Shown: positions 1-6,544 of the stretch, piece after piece | Layout of the letters: every line of letters starts with the position of its first letter | How positions within the stretch are numbered: position 1 is the first letter of the stretch | NCBI GenBank assembly: GCA_039803745.1 | Contig: JBDRZD010000008.1 | Coordinates: 24,113 to 37,033 of the forward strand | Direction: 5' to 3' | Source of the DNA: a candidate division WOR-3 bacterium | GTDB taxonomy: Bacteria; Hydrothermota; Hydrothermia; Hydrothermales; Hydrothermaceae | Length of the DNA: 12,921 nucleotides | Made by a program: the position numbers and the translations under genes | The notes under the pieces: generated by a model | Told to the model about the DNA's origin: nothing | Seen by the model: the letters and a program-made list of their open reading frames with translations, nothing else | Databases searched by the model: none

Positions 1-108
1 GGAGAAATAAATAAGCCAATTATTTTAAAAGTTCATGCAATTTCTTCTTCTGCAAAAGAAAAAATTGAAAAGGCAGGAGGAAAGGTAGAAATAATTGAAG
101 AAAAATGA
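1..108 (+). CDS. rplO: 50S ribosomal protein L15, C-terminal fragment (5' end outside window)
   Basis: Not in the ORF track. Manual frame-1 translation gives [35 protein letters not shown] (TGA 106-108), the typical L15 C-terminus (S.SA.EKIE.AGG). It lies immediately upstream of secY with an ATGA overlap, the canonical spc order. Confidence 0.95.
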   Translation, partial: GEINKPIILKVHAISSSAKEKIEKAGGKVEIIEEK

Positions 109-1427
109 GCGCGGTAGAAAAAATTAGTAATGTATTTAGAATAAAAGATTTAAGGGATAAAATCTTATTCACAATTCTTATGATTTTAATTTACAGGATT
201 GGAACACATATTCCTATTCCGGGCATTGATGGAAAAGCACTTGGTGAACTTTTTACAAGACAATTAAGGGGAAGTTTTCTTGGTTTATATGACCTTTTTG
301 TAGGAGGTGCACTTTCAAGGGCATCTGTCCTTGGAACAGGTGTAATGCCTTATATTTCTGCATCAATAATATTTCAATTGCTTGTTACAGTAATTCCATA
401 CCTTGAAAAATTACAAAAGGAAGGTGAAGCAGGAAGAAGGAAGATAACCCAGTACACAAGATATGCAACTGTTCTTGTTGCTGCAATTCAATCATTTGGT
501 GTTGCAACACTTTTGACAAGATTTACATCACCTTCTGGTTTTCCCATTGTTCCTCATCCTGGTCCTGGTTTTATGTTTACAACAGTTTTAACACTTACTG
601 CTGGTGCAATATTTGCAATGTGGCTTGGAGAACAGATAACAGAAAGGGGGATAGGAAATGGTGTTTCACTTTTAATATTTGTTGGAACCCTTGATACAGT
701 TCCTCAAGAAATTGCGAGTACAATAGAACTTATAAGAACAGGTGCACTTTCAATTCCCATGGCACTACTCGTTGCTGCTATTATGTTTTTAGTTACTGCA
801 TCCGTAGTATTTATGACAATAGCAGCAAGAAAGATACCGGTTCAATATGCAAGAAGAATAATCGGAAGAAGAATATATGGGGGACAGACAACTCATATTC
901 CTTTAAGGGTAATAACAGCAGGTGTTATACCAATTATATTTGCCCAGAGTATTATGATATTTCCAAATACAGTTGCATCTTTCTTTCCCGGGTTTAGATG
1001 GGCTGAAACCTTCAATCAATGGTTTATTCCAGGTCATCCTTTTTATGATATTCCCTATGCACTTTTAATAATATTTTTCACTTATTATTATACGGCAATA
1101 ATTTTAAATCCAAAAGATTTGGCAGAGAATTTGCAAAGATATGGTGGATTTATTCCGGGTATAAGACCCGGTGAAAAGACATCAGAATACATTGACAAGG
1201 TTTTAAAAAGGATAACATTTCCTGGGAGTTTATATCTTGCTTTTGTTGCAATTTTTCCATTTTATCTTATAAAATGGTCGCATGTTCCATTTTATTTTGG
1301 TGGCACAAGGCTTTTAATAATAGTGGGGGTTGCCCTTGATACACTTCAGCAGATTGAGTCTTTCCTTTTAATGAGACAGTTTGAAGGACTTCTTAAAAAG
1401 GGAAGAATTTATGGTAGAAGAAGGTAA
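105..1427 (+). CDS. secY: Preprotein translocase subunit SecY
   Basis: 440 aa with about 10 hydrophobic segments. Motifs [63 protein letters not shown] and [12 protein letters not shown]. Position after rplO. Confidence 0.99.
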   Translation: MSAVEKISNVFRIKDLRDKILFTILMILIYRIGTHIPIPGIDGKALGELFTRQLRGSFLGLYDLFVGGALSRASVLGTGVMPYISASIIFQLLVTVIPYLEKLQKEGEAGRRKITQYTRYATVLVAAIQSFGVATLLTRFTSPSGFPIVPHPGPGFMFTTVLTLTAGAIFAMWLGEQITERGIGNGVSLLIFVGTLDTVPQEIASTIELIRTGALSIPMALLVAAIMFLVTASVVFMTIAARKIPVQYARRIIGRRIYGGQTTHIPLRVITAGVIPIIFAQSIMIFPNTVASFFPGFRWAETFNQWFIPGHPFYDIPYALLIIFFTYYYTAIILNPKDLAENLQRYGGFIPGIRPGEKTSEYIDKVLKRITFPGSLYLAFVAIFPFYLIKWSHVPFYFGGTRLLIIVGVALDTLQQIESFLLMRQFEGLLKKGRIYGRRR

Positions 1428-2049
1428 GGGATTTATATTCATAGGACCACCGGGAAGTGGAAAAGGAACACAGGCTAAAAAACTTGCGGAATTTTTAAAT
1501 TATTCTTTTATCTCAACAGGTGATATATTGAGAGAAGAAGTAAAAAGAAATACAAAAATTGGAAAGTTTGCAAAAGAATATATGGAAAAGGGGCTTCTTG
1601 TTCCGGATGACCTCATGCTTAAAATAATAAAAAAAAATTTGAAAAAAGGGATAAGGTTTATTCTTGATGGTTTTCCAAGAACGATTGAGCAAGCAAAGGG
1701 TTTAGATGAAATTTTGAGAAAAAAATCTTTAAAGATTGAGAAAGTTTTTTATTTAAATGTGGATGAAGATGAGATAATAAAGAGACTTTCTTCAAGAAGA
1801 GTATGTCCTTTGTGTAAGAGAATATATAATCTTTTGGTTGAAAGACCAAAGAATGATGAAATTTGTGATATATGTAATGTTAAACTCATTTTAAGAGATG
1901 ATGATAAGGAAGAGGTTATAAAGAAAAGGATTGAGGTTTATAAAAAAGATACTGAGAAGTTAATCAATTATTATAAAGATAAATTAATAGAGATAGATGG
2001 AAAAGGAGAGCCAGAAAAAATTTTTGAAAATATAAAGAATTCTTTATGA
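1411..2049 (+). CDS. adk: Adenylate kinase, long form with 4-Cys zinc-binding LID
   Basis: P-loop GPPGSGKGTQA, STGDILR, GLLVPD, LDGFPRT, LID RRVCPLC...CDIC and RDDD. I prefer ATG 1411 ([12 protein letters not shown]) over the track's TTG 1381 because it places the P-loop near the N-terminus as in other Adks. It overlaps the secY end by 17 nt. Confidence 0.97.
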   Translation: MVEEGKGFIFIGPPGSGKGTQAKKLAEFLNYSFISTGDILREEVKRNTKIGKFAKEYMEKGLLVPDDLMLKIIKKNLKKGIRFILDGFPRTIEQAKGLDEILRKKSLKIEKVFYLNVDEDEIIKRLSSRRVCPLCKRIYNLLVERPKNDEICDICNVKLILRDDDKEEVIKKRIEVYKKDTEKLINYYKDKLIEIDGKGEPEKIFENIKNSL

Positions 2050-2789
2050 TAATAATAAAGAAAAGAAATGAAATTGAAAAGATAAAAGAAGCATGTAAAA
2101 TTGTAGCGGATTGCCTTTTGAATATAGAAAGATATATTAAACCAGGAATAACGAAATTTGAGATAAACAGGTTGATTGAGAATTGGATAAGAAAATACAA
2201 GGCTGAACCTGCATTTTTGGGATATAAAGGATTTCCTGCTGCTTCCTGTATTTCTATTGATGAAGAGGTTGTTCATGGAATACCAAATGGAAGACCTTTG
2301 AAAAGTGGCGAAATTGTATCAATAGATATTGGTGTAAGAAAAGATGGATATTATGGTGATGGAGCAAGAAGTTATGGAGTTGATATCCTTCCAAAGGACA
2401 AGGAAAGGCTTATTAAAGTTGCGGAAGAGGCTCTTTATAAAGGTGTAAAAGAAGCAAAAATAGGTAACAGGGTAGGTGATATCTCTTATGCAATACAAAC
2501 ACATGTTGAATACAATGGTTTTTCAGTGATAAAAGAACTTTCAGGTCATGGAATAGGGAATGAGCTTCATGAAGAACCTGCTATTCCAAATTTTGGTAAA
2601 AAAGGTAGAGGAGTTCCACTTAAAAAGGGTATGGTTATAGCAATAGAACCAATGGTAAGTATGGGTTCAGGGAAAATTAAAATTTCAAACGATGGCTGGA
2701 CAGTAGTAACTGTTGATTTAGCCCCGTCCGCCCATTTTGAACATACCGTCCTGGTTGATGAAGAACCAATAATTTTAACAGAGGTTTAA
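2046..2789 (+). CDS. map: Type I methionine aminopeptidase
   Basis: 247 aa. Motifs FLGYKGFPAASCIS, VVHGIP, SIDIG, YYGDGAR, GHGIG, LHEEP, AIEPM and SAHFEHT contain the metal ligands D, D, H, E, E. adk-map-infA synteny. Confidence 0.98.
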   Translation: MIIIKKRNEIEKIKEACKIVADCLLNIERYIKPGITKFEINRLIENWIRKYKAEPAFLGYKGFPAASCISIDEEVVHGIPNGRPLKSGEIVSIDIGVRKDGYYGDGARSYGVDILPKDKERLIKVAEEALYKGVKEAKIGNRVGDISYAIQTHVEYNGFSVIKELSGHGIGNELHEEPAIPNFGKKGRGVPLKKGMVIAIEPMVSMGSGKIKISNDGWTVVTVDLAPSAHFEHTVLVDEEPIILTEV

Positions 2790-3005
2790 ATGGCAAAAAA
2801 AGATGTAATAAGGCTTGAGGGAACTGTTATTGAAAAATTGCCAAATACAATGTTTAGAGTTAAACTTGACAAAGGTCCTGTTGTTCTTGCCCATCTTTCA
2901 GGAAAACTCAGATTAAATTTTATAAGAATAGAAGTGGGAGATAGAGTAGTTATGGAACTTTCTCCTTATGATTTGACAAGGGGAAGGATAATTTATAGAA
3001 AATAA
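2790..3005 (+). CDS. infA: Translation initiation factor IF-1
   Basis: 71 aa, [21 protein letters not shown]...[32 protein letters not shown], near-consensus IF-1. Confidence 0.99.
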   Translation: MAKKDVIRLEGTVIEKLPNTMFRVKLDKGPVVLAHLSGKLRLNFIRIEVGDRVVMELSPYDLTRGRIIYRK

Positions 3006-3644
3006 ATGAGAGAATTCCTTTTATACCTCCCTGGTGTTCTTTATGCAATGACAATCCATGAATTTTTTCATGGTTTTACTGCACTCAAACTCGGTGATCC
3101 AACTGCAAAATATTCAGGAAGACTTAGTTTGAACCCCTTAAAACATATTGACCCTTTTGGTTTTGTTGCTCTTTTAATTGCTCATATAGGATGGGCAAAG
3201 CCTGTCCCTGTAAATCCTTATTATTTTAAAAATCCAAGAAAAGATATGGGGATTGTTGCAATTTCAGGTCCTTTATCAAATATAATTTCTGGTATCTTAT
3301 TTGGGATTTTAGCAAAATTTTTTTATCCTTTTTTTTATTCAAATATTTTTTTGAAAATTCTTTTTTATCTTTTTTTATATACTGCTTTTTTAAATCTCTT
3401 TTTTGCCTTTTTCAATCTAATTCCTCTTTTTCCTCTTGATGGTTCTCATATTCTTGAAGCAATTTTACCATATGAATATTATTTAAAATATAGAAAAATT
3501 GAAAGATTTTCTCCTTTTATATTACTCGGGGTAATTTTCGTTTCTTATGCAATTCCAGGTTTAAACATATTCTATCCAATTGTTTTTTTGCCCTCAAAAA
3601 TTATAATGGGTTTTATTTTCAAAGAGGCATCATTTTTATTTTAA
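3006..3644 (+). CDS. Site-2 (M50 family) intramembrane zinc metalloprotease, short type without PDZ or CBS domain
   Basis: HExxH motif (HEFFH), GDPTAK..GRLSLNPLKHIDPFG, GWAKPVPVN, SGPLSN and FNLIPLFPLDG (third Zn ligand Asp). Several TM segments. Confidence 0.95.
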   Translation: MREFLLYLPGVLYAMTIHEFFHGFTALKLGDPTAKYSGRLSLNPLKHIDPFGFVALLIAHIGWAKPVPVNPYYFKNPRKDMGIVAISGPLSNIISGILFGILAKFFYPFFYSNIFLKILFYLFLYTAFLNLFFAFFNLIPLFPLDGSHILEAILPYEYYLKYRKIERFSPFILLGVIFVSYAIPGLNIFYPIVFLPSKIIMGFIFKEASFLF

Positions 3645-3645
3645 A

Positions 3646-4275
3646 TTGAAAGAAAAAATAGAAAAAATAATTAATATTCTTGAAAAAGAGTATGAAAAAT
3701 GGGATGTACCTATAAAAAAATTGAAAAAACTCCCAAATAAAAATAAATTCCATATTTTAATTGGAGCAATTCTTTCAACAAGAACAAAGGATGAAATTAC
3801 ATTAAGGGTTTTAAAAGAGATAATAAAAAGAATTAAAAATCCTTCTGATTTTATGAATATGAAAATTAAAGAAATAGAGAAAATGATTTATCCAGTTGGA
3901 TTTTATAAAGTTAAAGCAAAGAATATTAAAAAAATTTCAGAAATAATTGTTAAAAAATATGATGGTAATGTTCCTGATAATTTTAATGAACTTATAAAAT
4001 TACCTGGTGTAGGAAGAAAGGTTGCAAACATTGTTTTATCAGAAGGTTTTAATAAAAATGTTATTGCTGTTGACACACATGTTGCGAGAATTTCAAGAAG
4101 AATAGGGATTGTGAAAAAAGAAAAGATTCAGGAAAAACTTGAAAGGGTAATTCCAGAGAATTTAAAAAAGAAAATAAATTTCTTATTTGTTGCTCTTGGT
4201 CAGAAAATATGCTTACCGAAAAATCCCAAATGCAATTTTTGTCCAATTAAAAAGTATTGTGAAAAAAACATATGA
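3646..4275 (+). CDS. nth: Endonuclease III (HhH-GPD DNA glycosylase/AP lyase with [4Fe-4S] cluster)
   Basis: ILSTRTKDE, HhH LPGVGRKVAN (catalytic Lys), AVDTHVAR (catalytic Asp), and C-terminal C-x6-C-x2-C-x5-C (CLPKNPKCNFCPIKKYC). TTG start 1 nt after the upstream stop, so the exact start is less certain. Confidence 0.93.
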   Translation: MKEKIEKIINILEKEYEKWDVPIKKLKKLPNKNKFHILIGAILSTRTKDEITLRVLKEIIKRIKNPSDFMNMKIKEIEKMIYPVGFYKVKAKNIKKISEIIVKKYDGNVPDNFNELIKLPGVGRKVANIVLSEGFNKNVIAVDTHVARISRRIGIVKKEKIQEKLERVIPENLKKKINFLFVALGQKICLPKNPKCNFCPIKKYCEKNI

Positions 4276-5096
4276 AAAAAGTTGTTTTTATATGCCTTGC
4301 AAATTCTGCAAGAAGCCAGATGGCAGAAGGTTTTATGAAGAAAAAAATTTTTGAAAAAAAATTAGATGTTGAGGTAAAAAGTGCAGGAATTTCTCCTTCT
4401 TTTTTTGTTCATCCCTTAGCAATAGAAGTTATGAAAGAAAAAGGTATTGATATTTCAAAAAATATACCTAAAAGTATAGAAGAATTCAATATTTCTGATT
4501 TTGATTATATTATAAATATGGTTGAAGGAATTAATTTTGGTAAGAATATGATTTACTGGGAAATAGAAGACCCTGCTGGAAAGGATATTGAATTTTTCAG
4601 AAAAATAAGAGATAAGATAGAGGAAAAGGTTGATTATCTTATTTCAAGAATAATAATTGAAGAAAAGATAAAAACTCCCTTTTTAACTGTAGATGGGATT
4701 GTTGAAGTTTATGAGAATAAAAAATTTAAGGGAATTGTTTTAATTGAAAGAAAAAACCCCCCTTATGGTTTTGCTCTTCCAGGTGGATTTGTAAATTATG
4801 GAGAAAAACCAGAAGAAGCAGTTTTAAGGGAAATAGAAGAAGAGATTGGTTTAAAGGCAAATATTAAAAGTTTCTTAAATTTTTATGGAAGCCCTGAAAG
4901 AGATCCGAGAATTCACACAGTGTCCCTTGTTTTTATTTTAAAAGCAGAAGGCGAAATCAAAGCAGGTTCTGATGCAAAAAATGCATATGTTTTTGAAATA
5001 AATAAAATTCCCTTTAATAAACTTGTATTTGATCATAAAAAAATATTAAAAGATTATATAAATTTCAGAAAAAAATTATCTCACAAATCTCATTGA
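4272..5096 (+). CDS. Fusion protein: N-terminal ArsC/LMW protein-tyrosine-phosphatase-fold domain (aa ~1-126) plus C-terminal Nudix hydrolase resembling ADP-ribose pyrophosphatases (aa ~133-265)
   Basis: N-half has the P-loop CX5R (CLANSARSQMAEG), SAG, VHPLAIEVMKEKGIDIS and W.IEDP. C-half has PFLTVDGIV, ALPGGF, a complete Nudix box GFVNYGEKPEEAVLREIEEEIGL (nt 4785-4853), RDPR.HTVS, AGSDA and LVFDH. One uninterrupted frame with no internal ATG at the domain junction. Confidence 0.9.
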   Translation: MKKVVFICLANSARSQMAEGFMKKKIFEKKLDVEVKSAGISPSFFVHPLAIEVMKEKGIDISKNIPKSIEEFNISDFDYIINMVEGINFGKNMIYWEIEDPAGKDIEFFRKIRDKIEEKVDYLISRIIIEEKIKTPFLTVDGIVEVYENKKFKGIVLIERKNPPYGFALPGGFVNYGEKPEEAVLREIEEEIGLKANIKSFLNFYGSPERDPRIHTVSLVFILKAEGEIKAGSDAKNAYVFEINKIPFNKLVFDHKKILKDYINFRKKLSHKSH

Positions 5097-5510
5097 AAAA
5101 AATATTATTAAAAGTAAGATTAAAAGATTTACCCTTGCTACAAAAAGTGTAATTTTAAAATAAAACCCTGGTGGTTTTTCCATTGCGGCCTTTGGCGCAG
5201 TATAAAAATCATGAAGTATTTTTAAAGGGATTAGAATTCCAAAGAGGATTAATTTTATTAACATATTTATATCAATTCCACCCCACCTATATATTAAAAG
5301 AAAAATTCCTGTTGAAAAAAGTAAAAATATAGAAACCCAACTTCCAATTCTAAAAATCCTTCCAAGTGCTCTAAAACCCGGTAAGAGGGAATTGTTTTTG
5401 TAAATGTATCTTATACTTATTCCAAATAAAAGGAATAAAATATCTCCACCAACATAAAATGTTGCTGAAATAATATGAAGATATATGAGTATATTTTCCA
5501 AAATATTCAT
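5076..5510 (-). CDS. Four-TM membrane protein, CopD/HemJ-like superfamily, function unknown
   Basis: 144 aa with four hydrophobic stretches. LHIISATFYVGG resembles the LH..A...W.GG motif of CopD-like proteins. KLILFGILIPLKILHDF and ARVNLL occur in helices 3-4. Family assignment is from motif memory only. Confidence 0.65.
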   Translation of the reverse strand: MNILENILIYLHIISATFYVGGDILFLLFGISIRYIYKNNSLLPGFRALGRIFRIGSWVSIFLLFSTGIFLLIYRWGGIDINMLIKLILFGILIPLKILHDFYTAPKAAMEKPPGFYFKITLFVARVNLLILLLIIFFSMRFVR

Positions 5511-5516
5511 GGTTTA

Positions 5517-5546
5517 ATAATAAAGAATTTTAATTTATTTTTTCAA
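5517..5546 (-). promoter_or_regulatory. Putative sigma70-type promoter for the membrane-protein gene (leaderless)
   Basis: The minus strand reads TTGAAA (5546-5541), 18 nt, TATTAT (5522-5517), 6 nt, ATG (5510). Both hexamers match consensus at 5/6. No Shine-Dalgarno. The AT-rich background raises the chance of a spurious match. Confidence 0.55.
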
Positions 5547-5557
5547 ACTTTTTCCAT

Positions 5558-5563
5558 TATAAT
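5558..5563 (+). promoter_or_regulatory. Putative -10 element for the split-barrel/bfr transcript (leaderless)
   Basis: Perfect TATAAT at 5558-5563, 7 nt before ATG 5571. No Shine-Dalgarno, and no good -35 or extended -10 TG is visible. Confidence 0.5.
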
Positions 5564-5570
5564 TTTTAAA

Positions 5571-6083
5571 ATGAAAGAAATTAAAGAAGTTTTAAAAGAA
5601 ATTCTTGAAAATGAAAAGATAATGGTTATTGCAACTTCTTTTAATGAAAAGCCATGGATATCACCTGTTATTTATTCCTGGGATGGGAATAACAAATTCT
5701 ATTTTTTATCAAGAATAACAACAAGACATGCTGAAAATATATTAAGAAATAAAAATGTCGCAATCAGCATATATCCAAAGGAATTGAGGCCTTTAAGAGG
5801 AATACAAATGGAAGGAAAGGCAAGAATTTTGAAGGGAAAAGAAAATTTTAAGGCATTGAAAATATATATAAAAAAATTTCCAAAAGCAAAAGATAGATTA
5901 CCCTATTTAAAGGAAATATTAAAAGAAAGAAAGGAATTTTCTTTTTTTGAATTTGAACCTGAAAAAATCTATCTTTTAAGTGAAGAACATTTTGGATGGG
6001 GTAAAAGGGTTGATGTTAGCAAAATATTTGAAGAAAACTTTATAATGAAAAATCTTTTTAAAGGAGGAAAAAATGAAGGGTAA
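5571..6083 (+). CDS. Pyridoxamine 5'-phosphate oxidase-like FMN-binding split-barrel protein (YhbP/UPF0306-like)
   Basis: MVIATS...PWISPVIY, FYFLS..TTRHAENI..NKNVAISI and RGIQMEGKA form the split-barrel pattern. Start moved to ATG 5571 (170 aa) because the track's start at 5475 overlaps the divergent gene and adds 32 non-homologous-looking residues. Confidence 0.85.
   Translation: MKEIKEVLKEILENEKIMVIATSFNEKPWISPVIYSWDGNNKFYFLSRITTRHAENILRNKNVAISIYPKELRPLRGIQMEGKARILKGKENFKALKIYIKKFPKAKDRLPYLKEILKERKEFSFFEFEPEKIYLLSEEHFGWGKRVDVSKIFEENFIMKNLFKGGKNEG
6061..6067 (+). promoter_or_regulatory. Shine-Dalgarno site of bfr
   Basis: AAGGAGG, 5 nt before ATG 6073, embedded in the 3' end of the upstream CDS. 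It is the strongest RBS in the window. Confidence 0.85.
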
Positions 6084-6540
6084 TGAAAAAATAATTGAAA
6101 TGTTGAATGAACTTCTTGCAGATGAATTGACCGCAATAAATCAATATATGGTTCATTCAGAAATGTGTGCAAACTGGGGATATGAAAAACTCCATAAGGC
6201 AATTGAAAAAAGGGCAATTGAGGAAATGAAACATGCTGAAAAACTTATAGGAAGAATTTTATTTTTGGAAGGGAAACCAATTGTTACAAAACTTAAAAAG
6301 ATAAATATAGGTGAAGATTTTGAAAAACAACTGGAATATGACCTTGAAGCAGAAAAGGATGCGATAATGGCTTATAATAAGGGAATAAAGATTTGTTGTG
6401 AATTAAATGATAATGGAACAAAGATGCTTTTAGAGGAAATTTTAAAGGATGAGGAAAATCATATTGATTGGATTGAAACACAGATTGATGAGATTAAGCA
6501 AATAGGATTAAAAGATTATTTAGCAGAAAAAATAGATTAA
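6073..6540 (+). CDS. bfr: Bacterioferritin (heme-binding type)
   Basis: 155 aa starting MKG. Ferroxidase-centre residues E18, E51, H54, E94, E127 and H130, plus heme ligand M52, all fall at E. coli Bfr numbering. Also ELTAINQY and RILFLEG. Confidence 0.97.
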   Translation: MKGNEKIIEMLNELLADELTAINQYMVHSEMCANWGYEKLHKAIEKRAIEEMKHAEKLIGRILFLEGKPIVTKLKKINIGEDFEKQLEYDLEAEKDAIMAYNKGIKICCELNDNGTKMLLEEILKDEENHIDWIETQIDEIKQIGLKDYLAEKID

Positions 6541-6544
6541 ATTT

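Noticed and set aside
1629..1637. A9 run in adk (and C6 at 8239-8244 at the Smc hinge start) as phase-variation sites
   Set aside because: Both frames are intact, the genes are housekeeping, and such runs are common in this Lys/Phe-rich low-GC sequence.
1796..1880. Four-Cys zinc LID in Adk as a novelty
   Set aside because: A well-known feature of Adk in Gram-positive and thermophilic bacteria.
4272..4650. Arsenic resistance locus (arsC)
   Set aside because: No arsR, arsB or acr3 in the window and the resolving cysteines are absent, so the arsC symbol was not assigned.
5162..5199. Small hairpins AAAACC-ctggt-GGTTTT and TGCGGCC-ttt-GGCGCA downstream of the fusion gene
   Set aside because: Short, weak stems without a proper following U-tract, explained by the codons for TAPKAAMEKPPGF on the minus strand.
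5519..5539. AATAAA-N9-TTTATT inverted repeat as a Fur/PerR-type operator upstream of bfr
   Set aside because: All-AT 6-bp arms are expected by chance at this composition, and the match to the Fur box GATAATGATAATCATTATC is poor.
5475..5570. N-terminal extension of the split-barrel ORF given in the track
   Set aside because: It overlaps the divergent gene start and the promoter region. ATG 5571 fits the domain start and the -10 spacing better.
1658..6481. Short minus-strand ORFs 1658-1849, 1964-2200, 1971-2276, 2319-2504, 4061-4246, 5969-6217 and 6293-6481
   Set aside because: All lie antisense to well-supported genes and show no recognisable motifs.
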